Below, in pieces: positions 17,556-26,726 of a DNA stretch of 64,000 bases. Each line of letters starts with the position of its first letter. Position 1 is the first letter of the stretch. Both the position numbers and the translations under genes were made by a program. The DNA is taken from assembly GCA_963716525.1 (NCBI GenBank), contig OY970315.1:3238154-3302153 (forward strand), in the 5' to 3' direction. Origin of the DNA: an uncultured Actinomycetes bacterium. GTDB lineage: Bacteria > Actinomycetota > Acidimicrobiia > IMCC26256 > PALSA-610. The notes beneath the pieces were generated by a model. It searched no databases. It saw only the letters and a list, made by a program, of their open reading frames with translations, and was not told where the DNA came from.

Positions 17556-20309
17556 ATGGTGGGCCTGCGACCTTCGGGTCACCGTTGGTGCTGCGCGCTC
17601 GGCGCCGCCGCCCTCACCCTCGCCGGCATGCTCACCACGGCGGCGACCACCGCGCAACCCGCGTCGGGCGCGCCTGGGGCGACGCCGGCTCTCGCGACCG
17701 GTCCGTTCACCGTCGACATGACGAACCGAGAGGACGTGCGCCAGCTCTTCGATGTCATGCAGGCCGACACGGCCGGCGTCACCGACGGTTGGAGCGGCGG
17801 CAGCTTCGCGCCGGGATGCGTACCCGGCAGCGACACGCCGCAGTTCCTCGCCGCGGCCCTGACGCGCCTGAACTACTACCGGGCGATGGCGGGCGTGCAG
17901 CCCGTCACGTTCAAGGGCACCGACAACCTGCATCCCGACGCGGGCACGTCGGCCGACACGAACAACGCGCTGGCCCAGGCCGGGGTGCTCATGGAGTCGG
18001 CGAACCCCGTGCTCGTGGCGGGCACGGGTGGCACGCACGGGCCGCCGCAGATCTTCAACGGCCAGCCGTTGGACTGCTGGACCCAGCAGGCTTCCGACAC
18101 GACGTTCAACTCGAACCTCGCGGGTGGCTCGCCGATCGGCGCCGGTACGTCGTTCGACGCGCACCAGATCGACAACTGGATCAACGACGGCGAGTGCTCG
18201 ATCGCGGGCGGCTGCGGATCCGACAGCAGCGCGGTGCTCGGCCACCGGCGGAACATGCTCGATCCGACGAAGTTCGAGATGGGGCTGGGCGCGGCCGTCG
18301 GTCCGGTGGGTGGCGCGTCGAACGCGGCGCTGTTCTTCCCCTCTGACCGATCGGTGCAACCCGCGCGTGACGGCTTCTGGGCCTGGCCGCCGAAGGGATT
18401 CGTGCCCTATCAGGTGGTGTTCAAGCGTTGGTCGTTCAGCATGACCGGTGCCGACTTCACCAACGCCACCGTCACCATGCAGCGCAACGGCGTGGCCATT
18501 GGCGCGACGATCGACTGCGGAGCTGCCTGCCCCAACTTCTCCGGTCCGGGGATCACGTGGAGTGTGGCCGGTTTCCCGCTCGACGGCACCGACTGGCCGA
18601 AGCCCACCGCGGACGACACGTACCACGTGACGGTGGCCAACGTGGTCGTGAACGGCGGCGCACCACAGAATTTCACGTACGACGTGACGGTGATCGACCC
18701 GTCAAAGGGTGACGCGGCGCATGCGCCGAGCGGTACGGCGAGCCCTCCGGTGGGCCAGAACAGCACGTATACGGTGCCGGCGATCCCGAACGCCACGGGC
18801 TACCAGTGGCGCACCACGCCGCTCTCGAACTCCACGTTCAACGACGGGGCCGAGAACGGCACGGGAAGCTGGACCTTCGCAGGCGGCGCCTATGACCCGA
18901 TTCAGACCACCGACGTCGCGAGCGGCACGCATGCGTTCCAGCTCGCGCAGTCGGACTTCAACATCCCCGACACGCTCGCGTTGCATCGCACGCTGCTCCC
19001 GAACGCGAACAGTCAGCTCAGCTTCGACAGCAAGGTTGTGAGCTTCACGCATCTCCACGCGAACGTGCAGGTGTCGACCGACGGTGGGAATACGTGGGGC
19101 GCGCCGCTCTACGAGCAGCATGACGGGGACGAGGCATCGTTCTCGCACAAGACGCTGTCGCTGGCGGCGTATGCCGGCCAGCAGATCATGCTCCGGTTCG
19201 CGGTCGGCTACGACTTCAACGGCGGCGTGTGCGAGTGCGTGTCGAGCGCCTGGCACTTCGACAACGTGGCGCTGAGCAACATCCAGGAGGTCGGCACGCC
19301 GGTGCTGAGCGGGGTAGGCGCGAACCCGTCGTTCGCGTTCAATCCGCCGTCGGCGGGCACGTACGCGATCGAGGTGCGGCCGCAATACTCCGGTCCGGAA
19401 TTCGGGGTGTTCAGTGCCACCACGCAGGTGACGGCCACGGGTGCCGCGGCGGTGCCGACGGTGGTCGGCCTGGTGGACGCGGCGCAGAACGCGTACGTGA
19501 AGTCGGGCACGCTCGCGAGCCCGTATGCGAAGGTCGCGGCGAACGCCACCGCGATCTCCGTGGGTGCTGATGCCACGAACGGCGCAGTGGTGGGGGTGAT
19601 CGCGAACGGCGGCAGCGCCTACGTGCGTGTGGGCAACGGTGCGTTCAGCCGGATCGCGGCGGGCGCGACGGCGATCTCCGTGGGTGCTGATGCCACGAAC
19701 GGCGCAGTGGTGGGGGTGATCGCGAACGGCGGCAATGCCTACGTGCGGGTGGGCAACGGTGCGTTCGCGAGGATCGCGGCGAACGCCACGGCGATCTCCG
19801 TGGGTGCTGATGCCACGAACGGGCCGGTGGTGGGGGTGATCGCGAACGGTGGCAGTGCCTATGTGCGGGTGGGGAACGGCGCGTTCGTGCGGGAGTCGGG
19901 GAATGCCACGGCGGTGTCGGTGGGTACCGACGCGACGCACGGCATGATTCTCGGTCTGGTCGCGAACGGCGGGATTGCGTACGTGAAGCAGGGCACGCCG
20001 GCGAGTGCGTGGGTGAAGGAGGCGTCGAACGCCACGGCGATCTCGGTGGCGTCGGATGCCACGCACAACGCGCTCGTTGGGGTGGTGGCGAACGGCGGCA
20101 CGTTGTATGTGAAGCAGGGCACGCTTGCGAGTGCGTGGGTGAAGGAGGCGTCGAACTCCTCGATCGTGAGCGTGGCGTCCGACGCCACGAGCGGCGCGCT
20201 GCTGGGCGCGACCGCGAACGGAGCGAGCATCTACGTGAAGCAGGGTTCGCTCACCGGCGCGTTCTCCAAGCAGACCGGTTCGGGCACCGCGGTCTCGGTG
20301 GCCGGCTGA
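17556..20309 (+). CDS. Large secreted multidomain protein: CAP/SCP (PR-1-like) domain, central jelly-roll-like domains, C-terminal 7-repeat beta-propeller-like module
   Basis: ATG 17556 follows AAGGGGG. A signal peptide (ALGAAALTLAGMLTTAATTAQPASG) is present. CAP motifs are LNYYRAMAGV and LGHRRNMLDPTKFEMGLG. The C-terminus carries about 40-aa repeats ATAISVGADATNGAVVGVIANGGSAYVRVGNGAF... x6-7. Confidence 0.7.
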   Translation: MVGLRPSGHRWCCALGAAALTLAGMLTTAATTAQPASGAPGATPALATGPFTVDMTNREDVRQLFDVMQADTAGVTDGWSGGSFAPGCVPGSDTPQFLAAALTRLNYYRAMAGVQPVTFKGTDNLHPDAGTSADTNNALAQAGVLMESANPVLVAGTGGTHGPPQIFNGQPLDCWTQQASDTTFNSNLAGGSPIGAGTSFDAHQIDNWINDGECSIAGGCGSDSSAVLGHRRNMLDPTKFEMGLGAAVGPVGGASNAALFFPSDRSVQPARDGFWAWPPKGFVPYQVVFKRWSFSMTGADFTNATVTMQRNGVAIGATIDCGAACPNFSGPGITWSVAGFPLDGTDWPKPTADDTYHVTVANVVVNGGAPQNFTYDVTVIDPSKGDAAHAPSGTASPPVGQNSTYTVPAIPNATGYQWRTTPLSNSTFNDGAENGTGSWTFAGGAYDPIQTTDVASGTHAFQLAQSDFNIPDTLALHRTLLPNANSQLSFDSKVVSFTHLHANVQVSTDGGNTWGAPLYEQHDGDEASFSHKTLSLAAYAGQQIMLRFAVGYDFNGGVCECVSSAWHFDNVALSNIQEVGTPVLSGVGANPSFAFNPPSAGTYAIEVRPQYSGPEFGVFSATTQVTATGAAAVPTVVGLVDAAQNAYVKSGTLASPYAKVAANATAISVGADATNGAVVGVIANGGSAYVRVGNGAFSRIAAGATAISVGADATNGAVVGVIANGGNAYVRVGNGAFARIAANATAISVGADATNGPVVGVIANGGSAYVRVGNGAFVRESGNATAVSVGTDATHGMILGLVANGGIAYVKQGTPASAWVKEASNATAISVASDATHNALVGVVANGGTLYVKQGTLASAWVKEASNSSIVSVASDATSGALLGATANGASIYVKQGSLTGAFSKQTGSGTAVSVAG
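19551..19910 (+). repeat. Three near-identical 120-bp tandem units inside the propeller-repeat coding region
   Basis: The units start at 19551, 19671 and 19791 with gcgatctccgtgggtgctgatgccacgaac.... Units 1 and 2 are identical over their first 64 nt. Further diverged units of 120-129 bp continue to about 20300. Confidence 0.9.
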
Positions 20310-21016
20310 CGGGTCAGGCCAGGCCGCTCAGCTGGTACTGACCCGCGCGGGCCGTGGGCGAGGAAGGCGTGCGCCGCCACCACCGGGTCGGGCGTGGCGA
20401 CGAGCGCCGTGTAGGGGAGCGCGGCACCCCAACTCTGGTTCCAGAACGGGTCGTCGCGCCCTTCCATCGTCCACGGACCCACGTAGAGGTAGGGCTCGGC
20501 GACCGCGGCGTCGCCGGGCGACGCGCCGTAGTTCGCACGCGCGCCGGCGGCAACGTCGCCGAGGTCGACCGCGACGTCGAAGTGCTCGGGCCACAGCTGC
20601 AGCAGCGACGGGCCATCAGCGCGGTGCTCGGCGCGCCACGCGACGAGGACCTCGTGCGCGAACGCGAACCAGGCCGCAAGCGCGTGTGCCGCCGCGTCGT
20701 CGACGGTCAGGGGCGCGTCGGGCGCGCCGGACGTGGTCGGCGTGTACACGCCGGCGGGCGCACCGAGCGGCGTGTCGAGCAGCGCAGCCGCATCGCCGAG
20801 CGTGGTGACCGGCGCAACCGTGCGCTCGCCGTACTGCTCGCGCACCAGGCCCGCCGCGGTGAGCAGCCCGCGCCGGTCGTCGCCGTAGTACGGCGTCGCG
20901 ACGCCTTCGGGGTCGGCCCGCAGGCCGATCTTGCCGGTCGCCTCCCAGCGGGCGCGGGCGAGCACGTGCTCAGCGAGCGCATGCCAGCTCGTGCGCGTCG
21001 TCACGAACGCGTCCAT
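20231..21016 (-). CDS. Conserved hypothetical protein (3' end uncertain)
   Basis: ATG 21016 (MDAFVTTRTSWHALAEHVLARARWEATGKIGL...WPEHFDVAVD...YLYVGPW). As sequenced it overlaps the convergent secreted-protein gene by 79 nt. A +1 correction near 20340 would end it at 20314 instead. Confidence 0.5.
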   Translation of the reverse strand: MDAFVTTRTSWHALAEHVLARARWEATGKIGLRADPEGVATPYYGDDRRGLLTAAGLVREQYGERTVAPVTTLGDAAALLDTPLGAPAGVYTPTTSGAPDAPLTVDDAAAHALAAWFAFAHEVLVAWRAEHRADGPSLLQLWPEHFDVAVDLGDVAAGARANYGASPGDAAVAEPYLYVGPWTMEGRDDPFWNQSWGAALPYTALVATPDPVVAAHAFLAHGPRGSVPAERPGLTRQPATETAVPEPVCLENAPVSEPCFT

Positions 21017-21193
21017 GTCGGGGATCGCCGTGAGTGCCACGGGCCGCAGTCTGGCGGCCGTTCGGGCCCGCGTTCCACCCGTCGGTACCCTCGTTGGCGA
21101 TGCGCGTGACCGACCCGCTGCCCCGGCGAGCGCACCGACGACCCAGTCGCCGGCGACCGCGACACCACGCGCGCCGCTCGCATCGTCGCCGTC

Positions 21194-22087
21194 GTGATGG
21201 TGGTGATGCTGTGCACGATCATCGTCAGCGGCGCCATCGTGCGGCTGTCGAACTCCGGCCTCGGCTGCTCCGACTGGCCGCGCTGCGAGCCCGGGCACTT
21301 CACGAGCCTCGGCACCATCAACCAGCGCATCGAGCAGTTCAACCGCTTCTACTCGGGCCTCATCGTCGTGCCGATCGTGATCGCGCTCGCCGTCGCCTAC
21401 CGCAACCGCCCGCGCCGGCGCGACCTCGTGGCGCTCGCCTGGGTGCTCGTGGTGCTCTACCTCTTCGAGGCGGTGCTCGGCGGCATCGCGGTGAAGGTCG
21501 ACCTGCAGTGGGTGAGCGTGATGAGCCACTTCCTGCTCGCGATCCTCCTGCTCGGCGTGGCGCTCGTGAACCTCGACCGGGCGCGGCCGCACACGGCGCC
21601 CTCGGTGGCGCCGTCCACCGTCACCCGCCGGCTCGTGGCGGCGGTGTGGATCGGTGTGGTGACCATCATCGTGCTCGGCACGCTCGTGACCGCGGCCGGA
21701 CCGCACGGTGGCGATCGCCTCCATGCCGAACGGCTCGCCTGGCCGATCGAGGACGCGGCGCGCACGCACGGTGTCGTGGTCAACGTCACGCTCGCGCTCT
21801 TGGTGTACGTGATCTGGCGCCTGCGCCGTGAGCGGCACGCCGCGGGTGTGCAGGCCGCCGGTGTGCTGCTCGTCGCCATGTTCGTGCAGGCCGGCATCGG
21901 CTATGTGCAGTGGTGGGAGCACATCCCGCCGGTGCTCGTCGGTTTCCACGTGGCCGGCGCCACGCTCGTGTTCGTCGCGGCCACGCAGATGCTCCTCGCC
22001 CTCGCCGCGCGGCGGGAGGGTGCGGCCGTGCCCGGCACCGTCCGCTCGCCGGGCGCGGTGCCGGCGTGGCAGATTTCGGCGGGATGA
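21194..22087 (+). CDS. ctaA: Heme A synthase (COX15/CtaA family)
   Basis: IVRLSNSGLGCSDWPRC, multiple TM helices, and the paired His motifs (SHFLLA, GFHVAGA). The N-terminus looks truncated. In-frame upstream residues RAARIVAVV continue TM1 without a start codon. ATG 21100 is in another frame, so another 1-nt indel near 21121 is possible. Confidence 0.8.
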   Translation: MMVVMLCTIIVSGAIVRLSNSGLGCSDWPRCEPGHFTSLGTINQRIEQFNRFYSGLIVVPIVIALAVAYRNRPRRRDLVALAWVLVVLYLFEAVLGGIAVKVDLQWVSVMSHFLLAILLLGVALVNLDRARPHTAPSVAPSTVTRRLVAAVWIGVVTIIVLGTLVTAAGPHGGDRLHAERLAWPIEDAARTHGVVVNVTLALLVYVIWRLRRERHAAGVQAAGVLLVAMFVQAGIGYVQWWEHIPPVLVGFHVAGATLVFVAATQMLLALAARREGAAVPGTVRSPGAVPAWQISAG

Positions 22088-22962
22088 TCGTCCATCTGAT
22101 CGACGGCACCTACGAGCTGTTCCGCCAGTTCTACGGGTCGCAGTCGCGCCACGCGCCCGGCACGCGGCCGCTCGACGCGGCACGCGGTGTCGTGGAGGAC
22201 TGTCTCCGCATGCTCGAAGCCGGCGCCACCCACATCGGTGTGGCGACCGACCACGTGATCGAGTCGTTCCGCAACGACCTGTGGGCCGGCTACAAGACCG
22301 GTGAAGGCGTCGACCCGGCGCTGAGGTCGCAGTTCGAGCCACTCGAGCAGGCGCTGGCGGCGCTCGGCGTCACCGTGTGGCCGCTCGTGGAGTTCGAGGC
22401 CGACGACGGGCTCGCCGCGGCCGCGGCCGTCGCCGCGGCCGACGAGCGGGTCGACAAGGTGGTCATCTGGACCGTCGACAAGGATCTCGGCCAGTGCGTG
22501 GGCGGCAAGGTCGTGCAGCACGACCGCAAGAGCGGCCGGATGCTCGACCCCGAGGCGATCCAGGAGAAGTTCGGCGTGGCGCCCGCGTCGATCGCCGACT
22601 ACCTCGCGCTCGTCGGCGACAGCGCCGACGGCTTCCCCGGCCTGCCGGGCTGGGGTGCCAAGTCGGCGGCCGCGGTGCTGCGCCGCTACGGCACGATCGA
22701 GGCGATCCCCGACGACGTGGGCGCCTGGGACGTCGAGGGGGTGCGCGGCGGGCCGAAGCTCGCCGCGACGCTCGCCGCCGGCCGCGACGTCGCCGAGCGC
22801 TTCAAGGTGCTGGCCACGCTGCGCACCGACGTGCCGGTGGGCACCGTCGACGACTGGGAGTGGCGCGGCCCCACGCCCGAGCTCGAGCAGTGGGCCGACC
22901 GCTTCGGCGTGCCGCGGATCGCCGAACGTGCGCAGCAGCTCGCCGTGGCGCGAGCCTCCTGA
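22084..22962 (+). CDS. 5'-3' exonuclease (FEN / Pol I N-terminal domain family)
   Basis: ATG 22084 with an ATGA overlap on ctaA. MIVHLIDGTYELFR..., EADDGLAAAA, DKDLGQCV, and the H3TH motif DYLALVGDSADGFPGLPGWGAKSAA. Confidence 0.85.
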   Translation: MIVHLIDGTYELFRQFYGSQSRHAPGTRPLDAARGVVEDCLRMLEAGATHIGVATDHVIESFRNDLWAGYKTGEGVDPALRSQFEPLEQALAALGVTVWPLVEFEADDGLAAAAAVAAADERVDKVVIWTVDKDLGQCVGGKVVQHDRKSGRMLDPEAIQEKFGVAPASIADYLALVGDSADGFPGLPGWGAKSAAAVLRRYGTIEAIPDDVGAWDVEGVRGGPKLAATLAAGRDVAERFKVLATLRTDVPVGTVDDWEWRGPTPELEQWADRFGVPRIAERAQQLAVARAS

Positions 22963-22966
22963 GCCG

Positions 22967-23726
22967 ATGGACCTCGAAGGACGCACTGCACTGGTCACCG
23001 GCGGAGGGCGCGGCATCGGCCGGGCCATCGCGCTCGCGCTCGCCGGCGACGGCGCCGACGTGGCCGTCAACTACCGCCGCGACGACGCGGCCGCGGAGGA
23101 GACCGCCGCCGCGATCCAGGCGCTCGGCCGGCGGGCGCGCGGCGTACCGCGCCGACGTCGCCGACTTCGAGCAGTGCGACACGATGGTGGGCGCCACGAT
23201 CGCCGAGCTCGGTCCGATCGACATCCTCGTGAACAATGCCGGTGTGGCGAGCCGCGGCGGCTCGGTGAAGAACACCGAGCCCGCCGAGGTGCACCGGCTG
23301 TTCGACACACACGCGTACGGCGCGTGGACGCTGTCGAAGCTGGTGATCCCGGGCATGCGCACGAAGCCGCGCGGCGACATCGTGATGATCTCGTCGGCGG
23401 CCACGCTCCACATGGCCGCGAACAGCGCGCCGTACAACATGGCCAAGGCCGCGCTCGAGGCGCTTGCGTGGACGCTCGCCAAGGAGGAGCGCAAGCACGG
23501 GATCCACGTGAACGTGGTCGCGCCCGGCCTCGTCGACACGGAGATGGGCCGGCGGCTCGTGAAGGGCGCGCTCGGCGTGGACGACATCCGCACCATGGAC
23601 GAGCGCGCCTCGTTCGGCCACGTGTGCACGCCCGAGGAGGTCGCCGAGGTGGTGCGCTGGGTCGTCTCGCCCGGCGCCTCCTACGTCACCGGCCAGCGCA
23701 TCGGCGTCGACGGCGGCAGCTTCTGA
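22967..23726 (+). pseudogene. FabG-like SDR oxidoreductase, 1-nt insertion near 23138
   Basis: MDLEGRTALVTGGGRGIGRAIALALAGDGADVAVNYRRDDAAAEETAAAIQALGRRA is in one frame. AAYRADVADFEQ...NNAGV...YNMAKAALEAL...VNVVAPGLVDTEM...VTGQRIGVDGGSF is in the +1 frame (tail of track ORF 22377..23726). Confidence 0.85.
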
Positions 23727-23731
23727 CCCCT

Positions 23732-23775
23732 CATGCGTCGTTTGGGTACCAAATAGCGGTCCCAAACGACGCATG
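23732..23775. repeat. 44-bp palindromic element, copy 1 (intergenic)
   Basis: CATGCGTCGTTTGGG (23732-23746), a 14-nt loop TACCAAATAGCGGT, then CCCAAACGACGCATG (23761-23775). The inverted repeat is a perfect 15 bp. A second copy is at 54919-54962. Confidence 0.95.
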
Positions 23776-23793
23776 TGGTGGGCTTAGCCTGAG

Positions 23794-24210
23794 GTGATGC
23801 TGCTGCTCGTGCTGCTGTTCATCGCGGTGCCGATCGCCGAGACCTATGTGATCGTGCAGGTCGCCGGCGCCATCGGCGGGTGGGACACGATCGGCCTGCT
23901 CGTGGCGATCTCGATCGCCGGCGCCTTCCTCGTGCGGCACGAGGGCTTCATCGTGCTGCGCCGCGTGCAGGAACAGCTCGACCGGGGCCGCATGCCGGGC
24001 CGCGAGCTCGTCGACGGCGCGCTCGTGCTCGTGGGCGGCGTGATGATGCTGGTTCCCGGGTTCCTCACTGACGGCACGGGGCTGCTGCTGCTGTTCCCGC
24101 CGACGCGCGCGGTTGCGCGCTCGTTGCTGATCCGCCGCTTCCACAACCGGGTCGAGGTGTACGGGCCTCGCCGCGGCCCTGGCGGTCCCGACGACGTCAT
24201 CGACATCTGA
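23794..24210 (+). CDS. fxsA: FxsA-family (UPF0716) cytoplasmic membrane protein
   Basis: 138-aa ORF with IAVPIAETYVIVQVAG...MLVPGFLTDGTGLLLLFPPTR, the FxsA signature. Confidence 0.8.
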   Translation: MMLLLVLLFIAVPIAETYVIVQVAGAIGGWDTIGLLVAISIAGAFLVRHEGFIVLRRVQEQLDRGRMPGRELVDGALVLVGGVMMLVPGFLTDGTGLLLLFPPTRAVARSLLIRRFHNRVEVYGPRRGPGGPDDVIDI

Positions 24211-24220
24211 CGACGCACGG

Positions 24221-24997
24221 TCACATGTCGAGGGGGCGGAGAAGCTCGGCGGGGATCGGGCAGTCGACGCGGCTCGCGAGGTCGGCGACGGTGTCGACCG
24301 CGACCCAGTCGACGACGCGCGCGACTCGCCCGAGCTCGGCCACGGTCAGCTCGTCGTCGCTGCGGTTCGCCTCGATCACCGCGTCGAGGAGTCGATCGGG
24401 CAGCAGGCGGCCGAGCGGCAGCACGGCCCAGATCGCTACGTCGCGCGCCTCCGCGAGCACATCACTTGCCCCCGCGGGCACGAGCATGCGGCTGGGCGCG
24501 GCCGCGTCGGGGACGAGCAGCACCGTGCGCACACCGAGGTCGGCAAGCTCGTAGGCCTCCACCAGCTCGGCGCGCTGCGCCACGGCACGCGCCGCGGCGC
24601 GGTCGTCAGCGTCGACCACGGCCACAACGTCGAGATCGAACCGCTCGTCGAGTGCCCGCGCCACCGGCGCGGGCCAGCCGACCACGCCGAGCCGCTCACC
24701 CTCCTCCTGGAGCCCGAGCGCGTCGCGCAGCCGCCCGCTCGTGGGATCATCGTCGAACGCGCGCGCATACCGCCGTGCCGCGCCGCCGATGTCGTCGGTC
24801 GACAGCAGCTGCGCGCACAGCCACCACAGCGCGCCGTTGGAACGGTGGTGGGCGAGCACGCGCCGGCAGGCCACGACGAGGCCCGCCGGGTCGCCGTCGA
24901 GCAGGCCGAGCGCACGCGCCGCGTCGGGCGCGAGCTCGGCGTCGTCGCCGCGGCGGCGGGCGAGCGATCGCAGCGCCTCGAACGGATTGAACGACAC
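24221..24997 (-). CDS. Hypothetical protein
   Basis: GTG 24997 lies 15 nt after the stop of the upstream acyl-CoA dehydrogenase. The translation is protein-like (VSFNPFEALRSLARRR...ALWWLCAQLL...). I recognise no family. Confidence 0.45.
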   Translation of the reverse strand: MSFNPFEALRSLARRRGDDAELAPDAARALGLLDGDPAGLVVACRRVLAHHRSNGALWWLCAQLLSTDDIGGAARRYARAFDDDPTSGRLRDALGLQEEGERLGVVGWPAPVARALDERFDLDVVAVVDADDRAAARAVAQRAELVEAYELADLGVRTVLLVPDAAAPSRMLVPAGASDVLAEARDVAIWAVLPLGRLLPDRLLDAVIEANRSDDELTVAELGRVARVVDWVAVDTVADLASRVDCPIPAELLRPLDM

Positions 24998-25011
24998 CCG
25001 ATCCGCGCTGA

Positions 25012-26242
25012 TCAGCGCTGGTGGCTCGGGTCCTTGGGCAGGCCCAGCACCCGTTCGCCCAGGATGTTGCGCATCACCTCGTCGGTGCCGCCGGCGACAC
25101 GGCCGCCGGGGAGGCCGAGGATCATCTCCGACCACGCGTAGGTGCCCCACTCGCCGCCGTCGGCGACGAGCCTCGGCCCGAGGAGGTCGCTCACGAGCTG
25201 GCCGAGCCGCTGGCCGTTGTTCGTGCCCGCGAGCTTGGCGATCGACAGCTCGGGGCCCGGCGTCTGACCGGCCTTGATCTTGCCGAGGGCACGCTGGTTC
25301 GTGAGCGACGCCGCCCGCGAGTGCACGTAGTAGCCCGCGATCTTCTGCCGCGCGACACGGTCATTGGCGAGGCCGTAGTGCTGGGCCATCTGCACGAGCC
25401 GGGCGATCGTTCGGTCACCGCCGCCCATACCTCCGCCGCCACCGGCACCGATCGCCATGCGCTCGTTCATGAGCGTCGTCGAGCGCGACACCCCAGCCCT
25501 CGTCGACGCCGCCGAGGCGGTGCGTGTCGGGCACCCGCACCTCGGTGAGGAACACCTCGTTGAACGACGCGCCGCCGGTCATCTGGCGCAGCGGACGCAC
25601 CTCGATGCCCGGGTCCTTCATGTCGATGAGGAACACCGTGAGGCCCTTGTGCTTGGGCTTGTCGGGCGACGTGCGGGTGATGATCTCGCCGATGTCGGAG
25701 AACTGCGCGCCCGACGTCCACACCTTCTGGCCGGTGAGCACCCATTCGTCGCCGTCGCGCACGGCGCGCGTCTGGATGCCCGCGAGGTCGGAGCCGGCGA
25801 CCGGCTCGGAGAACAGCTGGCAGCCGATGACGTCGCCGCGCCAGAGCGACCGGAGATAGCGCTCGCGCACTTCGGCGATGCCGTGCGCCAGGATCGTGGG
25901 CGCCACCATGCCGAGCCCGATGATGAACGGCGACTCGTCGGGCATCCGGTAGTGCGCCGTCAGCTCGCTGAACGCCCGCTGGAACTCCGGCGTGAGGCCG
26001 CGCCCGCCGTACTCGGTGGGCCCCGCGATCCAGCCGAAGCCCGCGTCGAACAGCGTGTTGCGCCACTGCTGGGCCCGCGCGACCAGGCTCTGCTCGGCCT
26101 CGTGGCTGCGCTCCTCGAACATGCCGACGCGGTCCGAGCCCTTGCCCCACTCGAACGCCGCCTCCTCGACCCGCCGCTCGCAGTGAGCGTCGAGGAAGTC
26201 GGTCGCCTCCTGGCGGAACGCTTCGAGCGTGATCGTGTTCAT
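25012..26242 (-). pseudogene. Acyl-CoA dehydrogenase, 1-nt insertion in a G-run near 25491-25494
   Basis: The N-terminal 250 aa from ATG 26242 (MNTITLEAF...CQLFSEPVAGSDLAGIQTRAVRDGDEWVLTGQKVWTSGA...GGVDEGWG) are in one frame. The C-terminal part VSRSTTLMNERMAIG...GTDEVMRNILGERVLGLP is in the next frame (track ORF 25012..25491). Confidence 0.85.
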
Positions 26243-26676
26243 ACCTGCTCCTCGCCGGCGGCTGCTCGTTGCGATCGTAGAGGTGGCTCGGCGGGCGGCA
26301 CCGAATCCATGGAAGCCAGCGCGGACGCGAGGGCCCGCAGCGCCGGCCGGGCCTGCGCCAGGGCGCCGAGGTCGCCACGCACGCTGAGCCGTCCGCCGTC
26401 GATCGCGCCGGGCACGTCGAGCGTGCCCGCGCGCAGGTCGGCCAGCGTGCGGTCGTCGATGCGCACGACGACCTCGGGTTCGGTCGCCGGGCCGCGCCCG
26501 GCACGACCACCGTGCTCGTCGAGCTGCACGAACCATGACGACCGCGTGCCCGCCGACTCCACGACGAGCTCCACGGTGATCGCCTCGCCGGCGGCCTCGG
26601 CCGGGTCGATCGACCGGGCGGCGGCGTCGATGCGGGCGAGCAGCCCGTTGAGGTGCTCGGGCTCGACCGGCGGCAT
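26239..26676 (-). CDS. SCP2 sterol-carrier-like domain protein
   Basis: ATG 26676. The stop overlaps the ACAD start (ATGA). ...TRSSWFVQLDEHGGRAGRGPATEPEVVVRIDDRTLADLRAGTLDVPGAIDGGRLSVRGDLGAL is the SCP2 pattern. Confidence 0.7.
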   Translation of the reverse strand: MPPVEPEHLNGLLARIDAAARSIDPAEAAGEAITVELVVESAGTRSSWFVQLDEHGGRAGRGPATEPEVVVRIDDRTLADLRAGTLDVPGAIDGGRLSVRGDLGALAQARPALRALASALASMDSVPPAEPPLRSQRAAAGEEQV

Positions 26677-26726
26677 CGCCGGCACGGTAGTGGGGGCGCT
26701 GGCCGGCGCCTCTAGCCTCTCGGGGC

